Assembly (NCBI GenBank): GCA_038534095.1
Contig: JBCAXK010000052.1
Coordinates: 1 to 10,084, forward strand
Length of the DNA stretch: 10,084 nt
Direction of reading: 5' to 3'
Source of the DNA: Chlamydiota bacterium
Lineage (GTDB): Bacteria; Chlamydiota; Chlamydiia; Chlamydiales; SM23-39
Positions within the stretch are counted from its first letter, which is position 1; every line of letters begins with the position of its first letter. Made by a program: the position numbers and the translations under genes. Under the pieces are notes generated by a model. That model ran no database searches and was not told the origin of the DNA. It saw nothing but the letters and a program-made list of their open reading frames with translations. This document shows, in pieces, positions 1 to 6,933 of the stretch.

Positions 1-81
1 CGTCGCATAACTACCTCTAAAAAAATTACAAAGGTAGCGTTTATACAACATTAAAGGGATTTTAAACAGGTTCTAAGAAGT

Positions 82-846
82 TTGTGGAAATTAGACGTCT
101 CTTGGAATGGTCTTCGCTTTATTCCTCCAGAAATAGGAGCGTTAACTCGTTTGCGGGTACTAAATGCGTCCAATAATAAGATTGATTTCCTTTCTCGAGA
201 AATTGGAAGAGTAGCCTATAGAAAAAAGTCTATGCTTCCGAAGGGGACTCATTTAGAAACCATTCTAGAAGAAGATCGTCAACAGTTCCCAGGGTGTCTT
301 GCTTTACAAGAGTTGCTTTTACAAAATAATCAATTAACATCTATTCCTCAAGAAATCGGTAAGTTAGGAAATCTATTGACTCTAGATGTCTCGGGGAACA
401 AGCTTCGAGTTATCTCTAAATTCATAGGGAGTCTAGGGAATTTGGAGCGTCTATTGTTAAATGGAAACCCGATCAGATTTATTACGGGAAGAATAGCAAC
501 GCTCAATAATCTAAGAGACTTTCAAGTAGAAAACAATCAATTGCGAACAGTTCAGAAAGAATTGGGAGATCTTCTAGAGAGCAAGGAGGGAAAACGACTT
601 GGTGATGGGAAGCCACTTGTTCCCAGACTTGAGGTAGAAAAACTTCCCGAAAGGAAGAAACAACCTGTAAAAAAATATGAATCATTTGATGCAAAGCGTA
701 CAAAAGCAATCTACGTTTTGCCAAAAGTACGATTAACCGGGAATGCATTAACAAAACAATCAGCCGTATCCACTAAAAGCCAGATGAAAAGTGCGCGCGA
801 TAAAACATTTAAACAAAGAAAAGGTCGGCCAGAAAGCCTTTCGTAA
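82..846 (+). CDS. Leucine-rich repeat protein (23-aa LRRs), possibly a 5'-truncated or split gene
   Basis: Six LxxLxLxxNxLxxIPxxIGxL-type repeats (e.g. LWKLDVSWNGLRFIPPEIGALTR, LQELLLQNNQLTSIPQEIGKLGN, LLTLDVSGNKLRVISKFIGSLGN), a degenerate seventh (LPKVRLTGNAL) and a Lys/Arg-rich tail. The frame is open from 55 (TAA at 52-54). The TTG at 82 lies inside an LRR and has no clear SD, so the start is doubtful. Confidence 0.85.
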   Translation: MWKLDVSWNGLRFIPPEIGALTRLRVLNASNNKIDFLSREIGRVAYRKKSMLPKGTHLETILEEDRQQFPGCLALQELLLQNNQLTSIPQEIGKLGNLLTLDVSGNKLRVISKFIGSLGNLERLLLNGNPIRFITGRIATLNNLRDFQVENNQLRTVQKELGDLLESKEGKRLGDGKPLVPRLEVEKLPERKKQPVKKYESFDAKRTKAIYVLPKVRLTGNALTKQSAVSTKSQMKSARDKTFKQRKGRPESLS

Positions 847-1310
847 AATTTTATCCTAACGGTCAACGATCTTTGACTATGCAACATACAGTTTTATCGA
901 AATTCACTAGCAAAAAATTGCGCTGGATTGCTCATGCCTCCTTGTGAGTATTGTTGTTATGTAAGAGGGGAAAAGGCCCTAACTAGTGCGCTTATGAAGC
1001 TACATAAAAAGCTGAAGAGGAGAGGCTCTTTGTATATTCTACTACTGTAGAAGCAAAGGTTCTTTTCTTGAATGAGCATCTTGAGTTTTTCTTACCACAT
1101 TCTACGTTTGTAATCTGGCTCTTACACATCCAGTCTACTCGTTGTTGCTGATCGGACTTGACGCTTTTGGCGCAGGATTTGAGTGATCTGTCTTTTCGAC
1201 GAGGATGCAATCCTTCTTCCTACAAATCGATGAGTAAGGACAATTCATCGAAGGATCTTTTCACAATAAAGTGTAGAATAAAAAGATCATAACTAGAGGG
1301 AAGGTGGTAG

Positions 1311-1706
1311 ATGCTGGGCGCGTTTTGGGAGACATTGCATCAGATTCAGATGGTTCAGTCAAAAGATGGTCATTATTTAGGAACGGTTTCTTTGGAGGTT
1401 TTTCCAGGGAAAAAGATCTTTGAAGAGCGGGGGCTAGGGCCTGTTGGACCGTTCCATAATACACTGCTTTTTGAAAAAAAAGGAGATAGGTTGCTACTTG
1501 CAAAAAAACGACCGATCTATGCGGATTGGACCGAGCTGTTGGTGCTTGTTTCTTCCGATGAGGGATATCTTGAGACAATCTCTCCCTACGTATGCGGACA
1601 AGATCACTATTTTGCTAGAATCGTTTTAGAAAACCGGGGATTTTCTATCCATTGGAAGATCAAAGGGCCTAAAAAAGGAGAGGAGATTGTCTACCACTAC
1701 TTTTGA
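1311..1706 (+). CDS. Hypothetical protein, DUF6314-like
   Basis: 131-aa ORF with a purine-rich SD-like stretch (AGAGGGAAGGTGG, 1295-1307) before the ATG. C-terminal motifs PYVCGQDHY and WKIKGPKK...YHY resemble my recollection of the HxCxxDxY / WxVxGPxK signature of DUF6314. The family call is from memory, not a search. Confidence 0.7.
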   Translation: MLGAFWETLHQIQMVQSKDGHYLGTVSLEVFPGKKIFEERGLGPVGPFHNTLLFEKKGDRLLLAKKRPIYADWTELLVLVSSDEGYLETISPYVCGQDHYFARIVLENRGFSIHWKIKGPKKGEEIVYHYF

Positions 1707-1804
1707 GGCAGCTTATCGGTTCATGAGAGATGGTATATCTGTTTTTTTTGATCTAAGAGTCAATCGAGGAGAACTTAGAAATGCGGTGTCTTCATGGAAT
1801 TTAC

Positions 1805-1822
1805 GGCGCAGGTTTCTACGCC
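1805..1822 (-). terminator. GC-rich hairpin just 3' of ruvA (possible terminator or 3'-end stabiliser)
   Basis: Minus strand GGCGTAG-AAAC-CTGCGCC forms a 7-bp stem with one G-U pair, 4 nt after the ruvA stop. There is no U-tract, so terminator function is uncertain. Confidence 0.35.
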
Positions 1823-1826
1823 CTGT

Positions 1827-2408
1827 TTACAGGATTTGTAGCGCAGCTGGTATGAGGGTTCCTAAAGCATCATGATTCTTACGCACTTTTTCCACCGCTT
1901 TTTTCGCGGCTTGTTGGGCGTAACCCAGATGCACAAGAGCAGCAATTGCATCAAAACTGATGGTGTCCACCGATTCTAAAGAGGCCTCTTGACGAAGCGT
2001 ATTGAGTATGTCCAATTTATCGCGCATTTCGACAACAATTCTGCTGGCTGTTTTTTTCCCAATGCCTGGGACCTTTGCTAATACTTCTGGTTTTTCGTCT
2101 TGCACCGCTGTTTGAAAAAGGGGTAAATCCAAATGACCGACTAAAGCTAGCGCCGTTTTGGGGCCAATTCCCGATACTCCTCTAAGAAGCAGAAATAAGG
2201 AGCGCTCTTGCTTGGTGAAAAATCCGTATAGAAGGTGAGCGTCCTCCCGGACGATGAGCGTAGTATATACAAGAAGGTCTTCTCCCTCAGTAGGAAGGCG
2301 CGCGAAGGTGCTTGAGGAAATGAAGATGAGGTATCCTAAGCCCCCTACATCAAGTACGCAGTAGCTGGGAACCTTTTCTTTGAGAGTGCCTTTTACGTAA
2401 TCATACAT
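1827..2408 (-). CDS. ruvA: Holliday junction branch migration protein RuvA
   Basis: MYDYVKGTL...VLDVGGLGY...LIVREDAHLLYGF...GVSGIGPKTAL...KVPGIGKKTASRIVVEMRDK...DAIAALVHLGY (OB fold, two HhH motifs, C-terminal domain). Start moved from 2441 to the ATG at 2408 to match the usual RuvA N-terminus (193 aa). Overlaps the end of ruvC by 16 nt. Confidence 0.97.
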   Translation of the reverse strand: MYDYVKGTLKEKVPSYCVLDVGGLGYLIFISSSTFARLPTEGEDLLVYTTLIVREDAHLLYGFFTKQERSLFLLLRGVSGIGPKTALALVGHLDLPLFQTAVQDEKPEVLAKVPGIGKKTASRIVVEMRDKLDILNTLRQEASLESVDTISFDAIAALVHLGYAQQAAKKAVEKVRKNHDALGTLIPAALQIL

Positions 2409-2902
2409 CTTGCTGCAAATGTTACAGAATTTGCGTGGCAATACGCAAGAGAAAGCGCATCAGAAGCATCTTCTGGCTCGGGGATTTTTTCTAAGGAGAG
2501 AAGATTTTGCAAGGTTTTTTGTAGTTGCTCTTTTGATGCTAGTCCGTAACCGGTCACCGCTTTTTTCGCTTTTGTTGCCGAGTACTCTGCCGTCGGAACT
2601 TTTGCCTGTTCAGCTGCAATCAAAAGAGCCGTTTTTGCGCCGTACAACTTTGTCGTGGAGACAAAGTTTTGATCTAAGTACTGCTTTTCTACAGCGATTT
2701 CGTCGGGTTGATGCTGAGTAATAAGCTCCGTAAAAGCGTTGAAGAGGAGGTAGTACCGGTAAGAAAGAGGTTTTTTCGTGGGGAGCTTGATGCACCCATA
2801 ATCCACCGCTTCAATCGTAGATGAAAGGCGAAGTACGCCAAATCCAGTGACTCTGGTACCAGGATCAATGCCTAAAATGATGGTAGGATTCTTCCGTTTC
2901 AT
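2393..2902 (-). CDS. ruvC: Crossover junction endodeoxyribonuclease RuvC
   Basis: ILGIDPGTRVTGFG, PDEIAVE, KKAVTGYGLASKEQ and PEDASDALSLA are present, with all four acidic catalytic positions. Lies directly upstream of ruvA. Confidence 0.97.
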   Translation of the reverse strand: MKRKNPTIILGIDPGTRVTGFGVLRLSSTIEAVDYGCIKLPTKKPLSYRYYLLFNAFTELITQHQPDEIAVEKQYLDQNFVSTTKLYGAKTALLIAAEQAKVPTAEYSATKAKKAVTGYGLASKEQLQKTLQNLLSLEKIPEPEDASDALSLAYCHANSVTFAARCMIT

Positions 2903-2916
2903 GTTTTTATACTAAG

Positions 2917-3067
2917 TGATGATTCCAAAAAAGCCTAGATCATACGAAAGGCACTTGAAGATTTAGCGAGGATGAGCAATGTAAAAGTCTTGTACAAAGA
3001 GAGGAGGGAGCCTCTTTTTCTTTAGATGAAGTACCATCTTTACAAGGCTTTTTTAGGAAAATCATCA
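2917..3067. repeat. Imperfect inverted repeat pair in the divergent ruvC / waaF intergenic region
   Basis: 2917-2936 TGATGATTCCAAAAAAGCCT (reverse complement AGGCTTTTTTGGAATCATCA) aligns to 3045-3067 AGGCTTTTTTAGGAAAATCATCA. All 20 bases match with 3 nt of insertion. Confidence 0.6.
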
Positions 3068-3118
3068 AAGCCGTTTTTTCGTCTGGGGTTTTTCCTTTTT
3101 TTGTGTAAAGATTGTTGT

Positions 3119-4171
3119 ATGGATGAACCGAAAAACATCATCATTCGGATGCCGAATTGGATCGGAGACTTTGTTCTTGCGCTCGCTGCTTTACAGTCGA
3201 TCCGTCAGCGATTTTCTGGAGCTTCGATCACTGTTATGTGTCAGTCTCCTTTGCAAGAACTTCTGAAAGAAGATCCAAGAGTGGATGAAATTCTTGTCTT
3301 TAGCAAAGAGTCACTAAAGTTTTCCCGAAGAGAAGCTCGAAAAAATATTGTAGAGATGCTTAGGCGGGGCAATTACGATTTAGGCATTCTTTTGACCAAT
3401 TCATTTTCCTCTGCTTGGTATTTTTGGCAAGCAGGCATACAAGAAAGGGTTGGTTACCGGGATCATTTCCGTTCACTACTTTTAACGAAAGGAAAATCGA
3501 AAAAGAAACACGATCATCAGGCTACTGCGTATCTTCGTCTTTTGGAGGACTATGGAGCTCCCATGAAGGGCTTACATCCGAAGATTTATCTCAAGCCCTC
3601 TGAAGAGCAAGAGGCGCGTGATCTCTTGAAAGAGCAAGGATATCTTGATGGGCAGTATTTGATTGGAATCAATGCCTTTGCTGCTTACGGACAAGCGAAG
3701 TGTTGGCCTAAAAAAAAGTTCCGCAAATGCGCAGAAAAGCTATTAAAAAATAAGGACATCTTTTTGGTCTTTGTTGGCGATAAACAGGCGCAAGAAGAGG
3801 CAGAAGAGATCACACAAGGTTTGGGGAGTCGAGCGCTCAATTGGGCAGGGAAGACCTCTCTTAGGCAGCTTTGTTCACTCATCAGCCTTTGCGATCTATT
3901 TCTCACAAACGATAGCGGCCCTATGCATATTGCAGCTGCCTTAGAGCGGGAGTTGATTGCGATTTTTGGCTCTACAAGTTCTAAAAAAACGGGTCCCTTT
4001 GGGAAAGGAGAGGTGATCGAAAAATCGGTGCCTTGCTCTCCTTGTTATCGTAGAGTTTGCCCGATCGATTTTCGGTGTATGGAAGCGATTTCTGTCCAGG
4101 AAGTCTATTCGATGATTGAAGAGAAAAGGGAGCGCTATGTGGAAAACATGGGCCAGAAGACTTCTCCCTAA
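3119..4171 (+). CDS. waaF: Lipopolysaccharide heptosyltransferase II-like glycosyltransferase (GT9)
   Basis: NIIIRMPNWIGDFVLA, LLTNSFSSA, GI.ERVGY, AYGQAKCWP, AGKTSLRQL, TNDSGPMHIAAAL, AIFGST and a C-terminal CSPCYRRVCPIDFRCM. The start is placed at ATG 3119 (MDEPKNIIIR, 350 aa), where GT9 homology begins. ATG 3026 is an alternative. Confidence 0.88.
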   Translation: MDEPKNIIIRMPNWIGDFVLALAALQSIRQRFSGASITVMCQSPLQELLKEDPRVDEILVFSKESLKFSRREARKNIVEMLRRGNYDLGILLTNSFSSAWYFWQAGIQERVGYRDHFRSLLLTKGKSKKKHDHQATAYLRLLEDYGAPMKGLHPKIYLKPSEEQEARDLLKEQGYLDGQYLIGINAFAAYGQAKCWPKKKFRKCAEKLLKNKDIFLVFVGDKQAQEEAEEITQGLGSRALNWAGKTSLRQLCSLISLCDLFLTNDSGPMHIAAALERELIAIFGSTSSKKTGPFGKGEVIEKSVPCSPCYRRVCPIDFRCMEAISVQEVYSMIEEKRERYVENMGQKTSP

Positions 4172-5045
4172 CCCATTCGACATCCTTTTGTCGAAAGCAA
4201 ACAGGCGGAAGCAGACCTCTTTTTTGCTCGGATGGAACCGTGGTATGGGGGATGTTCCTCTAGGGATTTGCCCTCTGGTCGCAACAATCAAGAGGCGTAT
4301 ACCCGAAGCAAAAATTACCTTTCTTATCAGGAAGGATCTTGGCCCCGCTTTTACTTTGTTTCCTGAGGTTTCGTATCTTGTAGATCCCACGTTTATAAGG
4401 GGGCAGCCGTACGATATCACGCGATCTCATCAGATCGATCAAAAAAAGTATGAGGTGTTCATCAACTGGCCAGATCCTACCTACTGGTGTCAATCGATGG
4501 TCGGTTCTTTTGTTCCTAAACTCACGTGGCCAGCTTCTTGGGACGCTTTGCACAAGCGTTTTGACTTAGATCCTAAGGAAGAGTACATTGGCTTGCAACC
4601 AAGCGTCTCATCCCCTCATGGAAAGTGGCGGTCTTGGGGCTTAGAAAAGTATGCAAAACTCATCACCCTTTTAGAAAAAAAGCATGGGAAAAAAGTGCTC
4701 CTATTTGGTTCTCAAGATGAGCGTTCTTCCGATATTGGGGGGATCGATCTACGGGGAAAAACGAGCATAGAGGAGCTATTTTCATTGATTTACCACCGCT
4801 GCTCTCATCTTATCCTTCCCGACTCGGGCATTTTATCGATCTTGTATTACATCGATCGGCCGAGCCCTTTGCGTATTGTGTCTCTTTGGGCGCGCCCTTT
4901 ACAAGGAGTTTTAAAACAAAATGTCCCTTCGCCCAATCCCTATCTAGAGCATATCCCCTTGATCGGTGATTACAAAAATCTTGACCAGATTTCCGTTGGC
5001 GCCACTCTAAAAGCGATTCTTGGAGAAACGCATGCGCCCTTATAG
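4137..5045 (+). CDS. Divergent glycosyltransferase family 9 protein
   Basis: WNRGMGDV...IKRRIPEAKITFL, WRSWGLEKYAKLI, VLLFG, IDLRGKTSIEEL, ILPDSGIL and IVSLW fit the GT9 architecture. The start is ATG 4137 with SD AGGGAG at 4127-4132 (302 aa). Overlaps waaF by 35 nt. Confidence 0.8.
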   Translation: MWKTWARRLLPNPFDILLSKANRRKQTSFLLGWNRGMGDVPLGICPLVATIKRRIPEAKITFLIRKDLGPAFTLFPEVSYLVDPTFIRGQPYDITRSHQIDQKKYEVFINWPDPTYWCQSMVGSFVPKLTWPASWDALHKRFDLDPKEEYIGLQPSVSSPHGKWRSWGLEKYAKLITLLEKKHGKKVLLFGSQDERSSDIGGIDLRGKTSIEELFSLIYHRCSHLILPDSGILSILYYIDRPSPLRIVSLWARPLQGVLKQNVPSPNPYLEHIPLIGDYKNLDQISVGATLKAILGETHAPL

Positions 5046-5925
5046 CGAGGTATTTTTCCCGCAGCCTCATTGGGAGAGCATGGGGACGAAGCGGATGCAA
5101 GAGGGAAAAGTCGTTAGCGTGATCTTAGCTGGAGGATCAGCCTCCCGTTTAGGGATTGATTACCCAAAAGCTCTGTTTTCTTTTGAGGGTAACCGTTCTT
5201 TGTTAGAAATTTTATGCGGTAAAGTAGCAAAACAAGATATCTCCCTACCTCTTTACGTTCTTTGTTCAAAAAAAGGCGAGAAAGAGCTTGTTGACTACGC
5301 AAAAGCCAGAGGGGATTTTGGCCTAACTAGTCTCGCGTTTTTTTCACAAAAAGAGATCTTGCACCCTTCTGGAGAAAGGAGTTCTGGAGGCAATGGAGCC
5401 CTTTATGCTACTTTAGCAGACAGAAATATACTCTCTTTATGGAAAGAGCAGGGGGTTGAAGAGGTGATGGTGATCCCCATTGACAACCCTCTAGCTGCCC
5501 CTTTTGATCCTACGCTGATTGGGATGAGAAGAGAGCAAGGATTGGATGTTTCTTTGATTGGAATCGAAAACCGGGGTGAGGAGAGTACCATGGGCGCTTT
5601 AGCGCAAACAAACGAAGGACTTCGCATTCTCGAATACTATGAAAACCTTGGATCGTTTCATCCTAAATATTGCAATGCGAATCAGTTTTGCTTTTCTCTC
5701 CCGTTTCTGGAAAAAGCATCGAAACTCTCTTTGCCCTTACATGAGGTAAAACGATCGGGTAAGATCAAAACAGAAGAGCTCTTATTTGACGCATTTGTTG
5801 TCTCGAAAAAAACGGGCGTTCTCATTTATGACAAGCACCTATGCTACGCCCCGCTAAAAGAGCGAACAGGCGACCGGGGGATTTTGTCTGTAGAAACAGC
5901 ATTAAAAAATCAGGGAATACTTTAA
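5032..5925 (+). CDS. UDP-N-acetylglucosamine pyrophosphorylase / UTP-glucose-1-phosphate uridylyltransferase family (eukaryote-type UAP fold), short form
   Basis: GKVVSVILAGGSASRLG.DYPK, FFSQ, GGNGALY, IDNPLA.PFDP, ILEYYE, FCFSLPFL, LPLH, KTEELLFDAF and YAPLK follow the motif order of the UDPGP/UAP1 family. The start is ATG 5032 with SD GGAG at 5022-5025 (297 aa). Adjacent to gpsA, as in chlamydiae. Confidence 0.85.
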   Translation: MRPYSEVFFPQPHWESMGTKRMQEGKVVSVILAGGSASRLGIDYPKALFSFEGNRSLLEILCGKVAKQDISLPLYVLCSKKGEKELVDYAKARGDFGLTSLAFFSQKEILHPSGERSSGGNGALYATLADRNILSLWKEQGVEEVMVIPIDNPLAAPFDPTLIGMRREQGLDVSLIGIENRGEESTMGALAQTNEGLRILEYYENLGSFHPKYCNANQFCFSLPFLEKASKLSLPLHEVKRSGKIKTEELLFDAFVVSKKTGVLIYDKHLCYAPLKERTGDRGILSVETALKNQGIL

Positions 5926-5934
5926 GGAAAGGTC

Positions 5935-6933
5935 ATGAAAATTGGGTATTTGGGAGCAGGCACCTGGGGCTTTGCTCTTGTCTATCTTTTGCATCAAAAT
6001 CATCATGAAATTGTTGTGTGGACTCGGAAAGAGGATTTTGCGCAAGTGTTAGAGAAAACAAGGGAGCACCCGAAGCTAAATGGGGTCTTTTTGGCAAAAA
6101 ATGTCCGTTTTACGACCGACATTCGGGAAGCTGTAGAGGGAGCCGATGTGGTGATCGAAAGCGTCACGTCGAGAGGAATTCGCCCTGTTTGCCAGGAGAT
6201 TGCGCCTCTTCTTCCAGAAAAAACGCCGTTTATTCTGACTTCGAAAGGGATTGAACAAGATACGGTTCTTTTACTCCCTGAAGTGGCAGCAGAGGTGCTC
6301 GGAGAGAAAAAACGGCCACTGATCGGCTGTTTGAGTGGTCCTAGTCATGCCGAAGAGGTGGTGAAAAACCTCCCCACTTCTGTGGTCGCTTCGAGTTACT
6401 CCCCAAACCTCAATCCACTGATTGTCTCTCTTTTCACAACCTCCACCTTCCGGGTTTATCCCACAAACGATCTCCGCGGGATCTGCTTTGGAGGCGCGAT
6501 GAAAAATATCATGGCCATTGCTTGTGGCATTTCTGATGGGCTCGGTTTTGGCGCAAATACGAAAGCTGCTCTTATGACAAGAGGCCTGCATGAAATGCGT
6601 AAACTTGCGGAGAAACAGGGTTGCAAAACCGAGACGCTCAATGGTCTTTCTGGTATGGGAGATCTTTGCGTTTCTTGCCTCTCCACTTTAAGCCGCAACT
6701 ACCAATTTGGCGCTTTTTTAGCCAAAGGCTACTCTTTACAAAAAGCGAAAGAGGCGGTAGGTATGGTCGTAGAAGGGGCCGATACGTGCCGTTCAGCTCT
6801 TTCCCTCGCAAAAAAATGTGGGGTTCCAGTCCCGATTACCGAAGCTGCTTGCCGCGTGATTTATGAGGGATTAGCTCCTCAAGAAGCGGTGAAACAGCTT
6901 CTAACAAGAACGGTGAAAGAAGAGCATCTTTAG
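5935..6933 (+). CDS. gpsA: NAD(P)H-dependent glycerol-3-phosphate dehydrogenase
   Basis: GAGTWG Rossmann motif, SKGIE, LSGPSHAEEV, FRVY, GGAMKNIMAIACGISDGLGFGANTKAALMTRGLHEM, GMGDL...SRN and VVEG. SD-like AAGGAAAGG at 5924-5932. Confidence 0.98.
   Translation: MKIGYLGAGTWGFALVYLLHQNHHEIVVWTRKEDFAQVLEKTREHPKLNGVFLAKNVRFTTDIREAVEGADVVIESVTSRGIRPVCQEIAPLLPEKTPFILTSKGIEQDTVLLLPEVAAEVLGEKKRPLIGCLSGPSHAEEVVKNLPTSVVASSYSPNLNPLIVSLFTTSTFRVYPTNDLRGICFGGAMKNIMAIACGISDGLGFGANTKAALMTRGLHEMRKLAEKQGCKTETLNGLSGMGDLCVSCLSTLSRNYQFGAFLAKGYSLQKAKEAVGMVVEGADTCRSALSLAKKCGVPVPITEAACRVIYEGLAPQEAVKQLLTRTVKEEHL

Noticed and set aside
894..943. Perfect AAGGAGG on the minus strand before a 13-aa ORF (MSNPAQFFASEFR)
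   Set aside because: Only 1 nt separates the SD and the ATG, too short for initiation, and the peptide has no recognisable features.
994..1050. Plus-strand mini-ORF MKLHKKLKRRGSLYILLL resembling a signal-peptide start
   Set aside because: It stops after 18 codons, has no properly spaced SD, and no continuing frame was found.
992..1210. 72-aa minus-strand ORF from the track
   Set aside because: TTG start, no recognisable motif and atypical composition. It cannot be supported as a gene, although it is not excluded.
1728..1749. AGATG-GTA-TATCT followed by a T8 run as terminator of the DUF6314-like gene
   Set aside because: The stem is only 5 bp, AU-rich and has a 3-nt loop, too weak to call.
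2409..2441. N-terminal extension of RuvA given by the ORF track
   Set aside because: It lies wholly within ruvC, and RuvA homology begins at MYDYVKG (2408).
1827..2902. ruvC-ruvA without ruvB, and RuvC as a possible Cas/TnpB-like nuclease
   Set aside because: This is a canonical 169-aa Holliday junction resolvase next to ruvA. An unlinked ruvB is normal in chlamydiae and other lineages, and there are no CRISPR repeats in the window.
3026..3118. 31-aa hydrophobic, Cys-ending N-terminal extension of WaaF as a signal or lipoprotein peptide
   Set aside because: The Phe/Leu content is explained by T-rich intergenic-like DNA, AGGAGG is 18 nt away from ATG 3026, and GT9 enzymes are cytoplasmic-facing. 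It is kept only as an alternative start.
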